From positions 1 to 49,731 of IMG/VR virus record IMGVR_UViG_3300044740_000032: DNA of 49,731 bases, one strand, 5' to 3'. Position 1 is the stretch's first letter. Every line of letters begins with the position of its first letter. The notes under the pieces are model-generated. The model saw nothing but the letters and a program-made list of their open reading frames with translations, was not told where the DNA came from and did no database searches. The translations under genes were made by a program, and so were the position numbers. Shown one piece after another: positions 45,554 through 49,731 of this stretch. The DNA comes from a virus. Its lineage: Duplodnaviria > Caudoviricetes.

Positions 45554-45807
45554 GCGGCCCTCCCGTGCTGCCGGGTGCAGTGCCCGCTCGGCCGGCTCGC
45601 GTCGCAGAGGCACACCGGGCAGACGCCCGAGAGGTCGGCGAGATCGTGGATGGCTGCGCGCACCTCGCCCGTGCACGCCGCGCACGGCTCGTCCTCGCGC
45701 TTGCCGTGCTCGCAGCGGTAGACCTCCGCGACCGGCTCGTCGGCGCACGCGCAGTCGCGGCTCAGGCAGTGGCAGGCGGGGCGGGGGACTCGATCACGCG
45801 TCGGCAT
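45550..45807 (-). CDS. Cys-rich protein, first gene of the PL operon
   Basis: 11 Cys in 85 aa; ATG 7 nt after the -10 box. Confidence 0.6.
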   Translation of the reverse strand: MPTRDRVPRPACHCLSRDCACADEPVAEVYRCEHGKREDEPCAACTGEVRAAIHDLADLSGVCPVCLCDASRPSGHCTRQHGRAA

Positions 45808-45865
45808 GCGGTTCAGAATAATGATTCTGAATCGACGCGCAAGAGGTTTGTTTCAGAGTTCTGAA
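45805..45865 (-). promoter_or_regulatory. PL promoter with operators
   Basis: TTGCGC-16-TATTCT overlapping inverted repeat TTCAGAAT-N4-ATTCTGAA (45812-45831); second site TTCAGAGTTCTGAA at 45852-45865. Confidence 0.78.
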
Positions 45866-45890
45866 TCGCGCCCGCTGCTACCCTCGGCGC

Positions 45891-46376
45891 ATGAGCCGCC
45901 AGGCCTTGTTACTGCTAGCATTTCTGCCACTGCTCGGCTGCCCTCTCCGCCGCGAGAGGCGTGAGACGCCCCCGTCCGACTCCGCGGCAGCCGCGCCGGC
46001 GGCAACGTCGGTCCCGGCGGCGGCTCCAATCCAAGTCGCGGCGAAGCAGCTCTACGCCGACTATCACGCGAACGAGGTCGCTGCCGACGAGAAGTACCGC
46101 GACAAGCGCATCCTCATGACCGACGGCCGGATCGCGAGCATCGACAAGGATGTCGGCGGCGGGATGATCGTGCAGTATCAGTGCGCGAACGAGACGCAGA
46201 CGATCCTGGCTTCGCTGCGTGACTCGGAGAAGGCGAAGGCGGCGCAGCTCACCAAGGGGACGATCAAGCCGATCCTCTGTCGGGGTGCGGGCATGCTGAT
46301 CGACAGCCCATCGCTCACCGACTGCGTGTTGCCTGACGCGCCGACTCCCTCTCCGTCGACGATCAAGAAGCGCTAG
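45891..46376 (+). CDS. OB-fold (tRNA_anti-like) lipoprotein, candidate superinfection-exclusion factor
   Basis: Lipobox LLGC; LYADYHANEVAADEKYRDK motif; located in the immunity region. Confidence 0.75.
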   Translation: MSRQALLLLAFLPLLGCPLRRERRETPPSDSAAAAPAATSVPAAAPIQVAAKQLYADYHANEVAADEKYRDKRILMTDGRIASIDKDVGGGMIVQYQCANETQTILASLRDSEKAKAAQLTKGTIKPILCRGAGMLIDSPSLTDCVLPDAPTPSPSTIKKR

Positions 46377-46840
46377 CCGCGCGCCGCTCGTCGTACACGC
46401 TGCGGCTTCGGCGCTCCATCCTTCTGTGGCGGCTCGATCGTGGCCTTCGTCGTTTTGCTCTCGGCTTTCGTCCCCGCTCCGAGGCGTGGCACGTTGCTAT
46501 TCTTCTGCTCCTGCGCGTGACGCTCTAGTTCCTCCTTGTGCCTGCGCCCGTGCTCCTCGTACCACGACAGGGGCGGATCTTCCGGGTGTTCGCGCGCCCA
46601 AACCTGCGCTCGCAGGTAAAAGTCGGTCCCGCTCATCCCGAACGCGGCCGCGTAGTGATCGATCTTCTTGGTCGTGATCGGCGCATCGCCGTCCTTCACC
46701 TGCGACACGTGCGACTGATACAGCCCCGTCGGCTTTCCGTCCCGCACGAACAGGCTCTTGAGCTCGTTGCCTTCGTAGAAGTGCATGCGCACAAGGTGCC
46801 GTCCGTATCTGGAGACCGGATCGGTCGGAAACTTCGCCAT
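46373..46840 (-). CDS. Probable repressor (cI position), XRE-like HTH without peptidase domain
   Basis: GLYQSHVSQVKDG...ITTKKIDHYAAAFG; divergent from cro; operators upstream. Confidence 0.62.
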   Translation of the reverse strand: MAKFPTDPVSRYGRHLVRMHFYEGNELKSLFVRDGKPTGLYQSHVSQVKDGDAPITTKKIDHYAAAFGMSGTDFYLRAQVWAREHPEDPPLSWYEEHGRRHKEELERHAQEQKNSNVPRLGAGTKAESKTTKATIEPPQKDGAPKPQRVRRAARG

Positions 46841-46861
46841 GTAAGGCAGCGTAACGCCGGA

Positions 46862-46931
46862 CAGAAACATTATTCTGAATTCTCCTTTCAGAAAGTCCTT
46901 GCCGGTCGGTTCAGAATCATTATTCTGAACC
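46862..46931 (+). promoter_or_regulatory. PR promoter with operators
   Basis: TTGCCG-16-TATTCT; GGTTCAGAAT-CATT-ATTCTGAACC at 46908-46931; degenerate copy CAGAAACATTATTCTG at 46862-46877. Confidence 0.8.
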
Positions 46932-46935
46932 TGCC

Positions 46936-47151
46936 ATGACATGGTCCGAGCGGTTCGACGCGTACGTGCAGAAGACGGGGCTCTCTCAGGCCGAGGTGGC
47001 GCTCGCGCTGAAGGTGGCCCCGTCGTTCGTCCACTACTGGCGGCGCGGCTCCGTGCCGAGGGACGAGAAGACTCGTCGGAAGATCGAGCGGTGGTCGAAG
47101 GGGCAGGTGCCGGCCGAGGAATCCGAGCGGAAGACCGGGACGGAGGGCTGA
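46936..47151 (+). CDS. Cro-like HTH regulator
   Basis: GLSQAEVALALKVAPSFVHYWRRG..P..IERWSKGQVP. Confidence 0.88.
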   Translation: MTWSERFDAYVQKTGLSQAEVALALKVAPSFVHYWRRGSVPRDEKTRRKIERWSKGQVPAEESERKTGTEG

Positions 47152-47154
47152 CCG

Positions 47155-47517
47155 ATGCGCGACCATCGCCCGCAGTCTGACTCAGCCGTCGCGATCGCGT
47201 CAGAGGCGCGCCCGTCCCCTTACCGGGCGAAGGCGCTCTACCCCGACGCCGCCGGCGCGCAGAAGCGGCGCGCGCGGTGGGCCCGCGCCGCCGCCGTGGC
47301 GCGCGCGACGAAGGCGGCGATCGCGCGCTACTCGTCGACGCGCGAGGTGGCGCGCCTCTGCCAGGTCTCGCACGTCGCGGTCGTCTACTGGTGCGACGAC
47401 CGCCGGCGCGAGCCGATCCCGTCGCACGCGCTCTGCGCGCTCTACGCGTCGGGCGAGGACCGGTTCGTCCGCATCGCCGACGAGATCATGGGCGCGATGC
47501 GGGACTACGCGGCGTAG
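47155..47517 (+). CDS. HTH protein in the cII position
   Basis: STREVARLCQVSHVAVVYW helix-turn-helix. Confidence 0.55.
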   Translation: MRDHRPQSDSAVAIASEARPSPYRAKALYPDAAGAQKRRARWARAAAVARATKAAIARYSSTREVARLCQVSHVAVVYWCDDRRREPIPSHALCALYASGEDRFVRIADEIMGAMRDYAA

Positions 47518-47698
47518 CGCGCTCGGGTTCGAGCGGCGCTCACGCCGATCGTGTGGCGACGAGCGGTAAGGGGACGGACGTCACGTGACCAAAGTCCCCG
47601 AACGCGGCCGTAGACGGCGAGCGGAGCGGTAGCAGTCGGGAGCTGAGCAGTCAACGACGAACTGAAGCGGAGGGCGGAGCGGTGACGGAGAGCGCGAC

Positions 47699-48394
47699 AT
47701 GAGCACGGCGATCACGCTGCCGGACAACCTGCCGAACGTTGCCAGCGCGCGTCTGCCCGAGCTCTACTCCGGCGCGCGCGAGGCGCTCTCGAAGTGCGAG
47801 CGCATCGACGAGTGCAAGGACTGGGCGGACAAGGCCGAGGCGATGGCGTCCTACGCGAAGCAAGCGAAGGACGACTCGCTACGCGTCGCGTGCGACCGGA
47901 TCCAGGCGCGCGCGATCCGGCGCTGCGGGGAGTTGCTCAAGCAGATCCCGAAGGAGAGCGGCGGTCGTCCGGCGAAGGAAACTAGGAGGGACGCCCCTCC
48001 AAGTTTTTCGCCGCGGCAAGAGGCCGCGCGTGCCGCTGGTCTCTCTCGCGACCAGCAGAAGACCGCCATCCGCGTGGCGAACGTCCCGCGCGAGGAGTTC
48101 GAACGCGAGGTCGAGCGCCCGAAGCCTCCGACCGTCACCGAGCTCGCGGAGCGCGGCAAGCGCCCGGCGGCAGCACACAAGCCGCTCGTCGACCTCAAGG
48201 GACGCGACCCCGCTGACTTCAAGGCGGCGACGCAGGCGCTCGGCGTGCTGCTCAAGGCGTTCGAGTTCTGCGCGGACACGGACCCCGCGGCGGTCGCGCG
48301 TGGCGCGTCGGCGAAGGAGAAGCGCGCGCTCCGCGAGCACGCGAGCGGCGTCCAGGACTGGCTCAAGAGACTCATCAAGGAGATCGATCGATGA
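47699..48394 (+). CDS. Conserved phage helical DNA-binding-type protein
   Basis: IDECKDWADKAEAMASYAKQAKD..RAIRRCGELL..GGRP..AGLSRDQ.KTA pattern. Confidence 0.65.
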   Translation: MSTAITLPDNLPNVASARLPELYSGAREALSKCERIDECKDWADKAEAMASYAKQAKDDSLRVACDRIQARAIRRCGELLKQIPKESGGRPAKETRRDAPPSFSPRQEAARAAGLSRDQQKTAIRVANVPREEFEREVERPKPPTVTELAERGKRPAAAHKPLVDLKGRDPADFKAATQALGVLLKAFEFCADTDPAAVARGASAKEKRALREHASGVQDWLKRLIKEIDR

Positions 48395-48828
48395 AGCAGC
48401 AGGAGTTGGAGAACGAGATCGCCGCGCTCGTCGACGCGGAGATCGGAGCGGGCAAGCCGATCGCGGCGACGTGGCTCACGCACGCCGTCGTCGCATCGCA
48501 CGGCGAGATTCCGGACGACGGCTCCGGGTACCACGAGCTCTGCACGTACGCGCACACGCGTGACAGCGTGCGGCGAGTCCTGCGTCGCTACGAGGTCAAG
48601 GAGGAGGGGCCGGACCCGCAGGTCGCGCTCCCGGGGTTCGAGCGGCTCCAGACCGCGTACCTCGTCACGCGGGACAAGGAGCAGGTGATCGTTCCGATCG
48701 ACCAGCTCACTGACGTCGAGATCGACGCGAAGTGCACGGAGCTCGACGCGATGGCGAAGGGCTGCCTGCAGCACGCTGACGAACTGCGCCGGTACAAGGC
48801 GGCGCGTGCAGAGGCAGCGGCGGAGTGA
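48391..48828 (+). CDS. Hypothetical protein, partner of the upstream gene
   Basis: AAGGAG RBS; ATGA overlap; Q..LPGFERLQ.AY motif. Confidence 0.65.
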   Translation: MKQQELENEIAALVDAEIGAGKPIAATWLTHAVVASHGEIPDDGSGYHELCTYAHTRDSVRRVLRRYEVKEEGPDPQVALPGFERLQTAYLVTRDKEQVIVPIDQLTDVEIDAKCTELDAMAKGCLQHADELRRYKAARAEAAAE

Positions 48829-48868
48829 CGTGACGGTGCAGTGAACGCGTGAGGGAGCGGAGGGCGGC

Positions 48869-49099
48869 ATGCAGGCGGAGATCATCGTGGGCGGAGAGGT
48901 GCAGGAGGAGGTCGCGATCGAGAGCGCGGTCGTGATTCTCGAGAAGCCGGCGCCGCAAGGGGCGGTGCTCCGCAGGGTCAGCGACGGGGTGCGGATCGCG
49001 GAAGCCCTCGCCGATGGTCGGTGGAAGTTCCTCGGCGCCGCGTTCGGCGACGTCGAGCTCGACGCCGACGCGCGCATCGATCTGAGGCCGGCGTCGTGA
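48869..49099 (+). CDS. Hypothetical protein
   Basis: GGAGGG RBS. Confidence 0.5.
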   Translation: MQAEIIVGGEVQEEVAIESAVVILEKPAPQGAVLRRVSDGVRIAEALADGRWKFLGAAFGDVELDADARIDLRPAS

Positions 49100-49731
49100 G
49101 CCCGAAGAAAACATCCGCCGCCCGTCGAGCGAAGACGCGCGCGAAGAGCGGGCCGGCGGTGCGCGACAGCACGGCCTCACCGAAGCCGTCGCAGCCGCCT
49201 GCGAAGGTTCTCGTCATCCGCACGTGCGCCGCGGACATGACGGCCCACGGCGGCTTCGTATGGCCGCGCTCCGGCCCCGTCGAAGCTCCCGACTGGGACC
49301 CGAAGCCGGAGTGCGGTAATGGTCTGCACGGCCTCGCGTGGGGCGACGGTGACTGGTCGCTCACCTCGTCGGATCCGACGGCCATCTGGCTCGTCGTCGA
49401 AGTCGCCGTCGAGGACCTCGTCGAGATCGACAAGTCGAAGATCAAGTTCCGCCGCGGCACCGTGATTTACGCGGGCGATCGCGCGACCGCGATGACGCGC
49501 GTCCTCTGCGGGCGCGAGGCGATGGAGGAGGCGCGGCGGCGCGCGAGCGCCTGGGGCGATAAGTCGGGCAACTCCTCGACGGCCGCGAGCTCGGGCAACT
49601 CCTCGACGGCCGCGAGCTCGGGCTACTCCTCGACGGCCGCGAGCTCGGGCGACTACTCGAAGGCCGCGAGCTCGGGCAACTCCTCGACGGCCGCGAGCTC
49701 GGGCTACTCCTCGACGGCCGCGAGCTCGGGC
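49096..49731 (+). CDS. DUF7666-like protein with 9-aa repeat solenoid, 3'-truncated
   Basis: Translated by hand: GGFVWP..VEAPDW..ECGNGLHG..WLVVEV..KIKF, then (SGNSSTAAS)n; open to the window end. Confidence 0.75.
   Translation, partial: MSPKKTSAARRAKTRAKSGPAVRDSTASPKPSQPPAKVLVIRTCAADMTAHGGFVWPRSGPVEAPDWDPKPECGNGLHGLAWGDGDWSLTSSDPTAIWLVVEVAVEDLVEIDKSKIKFRRGTVIYAGDRATAMTRVLCGREAMEEARRRASAWGDKSGNSSTAASSGNSSTAASSGYSSTAASSGDYSKAASSGNSSTAASSGYSSTAASSG
49564..49731 (+). repeat. 27-bp coding tandem repeat, six full units plus a partial seventh
   Basis: TCGGGCAACTCCTCGACGGCCGCGAGC and variants. Confidence 0.95.

Noticed and set aside
45891-46376. tRNA-related function from the tRNA_anti-like motif
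   Set aside because: The family name reflects only the OB fold; this protein has a lipobox. No tRNA gene was recognised in the window.
49564-49731. 27-bp repeats as a CRISPR array
   Set aside because: The units are contiguous with no spacers, are in frame within a CDS, and no cas genes are present.

Overview
The window is a near-complete genome of a GC-rich tailed phage with a contractile tail, linearised inside its early-right operon. It starts within the replication-initiator gene and ends inside a 27-bp tandem repeat. The plus strand carries the initiator with palindromic iterons, DnaB, a RusA-like resolvase and both terminase subunits. A Mu-type head module follows (DUF935 portal, S49 protease, acidic scaffold, gpT-like capsid), then sheath, tube, a frameshifting chaperone, a short tape measure, an inserted EndoVII-type endonuclease, baseplate and fibres, and a dispersed lysis/accessory region to about 35.9 kb. 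The minus strand (35.9-45.8 kb) is a long early-left array of small genes including SSB and a RecE-like nuclease. A lambda-like immunity switch (PL, lipoprotein, repressor, PR, cro) lies at 45.8-47.2 kb. No integrase, transposase, tRNA or CRISPR array was seen. The best candidate for an undescribed system is a self-contained operon at 35.9-37.7 kb. It has its own promoter with a palindromic operator, small genes joined by an identical RBS/stop/start linker (C-termini EVQS/AVQS), and a terminal ribbon-helix-helix gene. This resembles a shufflable acr-aca-type anti-defence cassette array. All family assignments come from motif recognition by eye; no database search was run.
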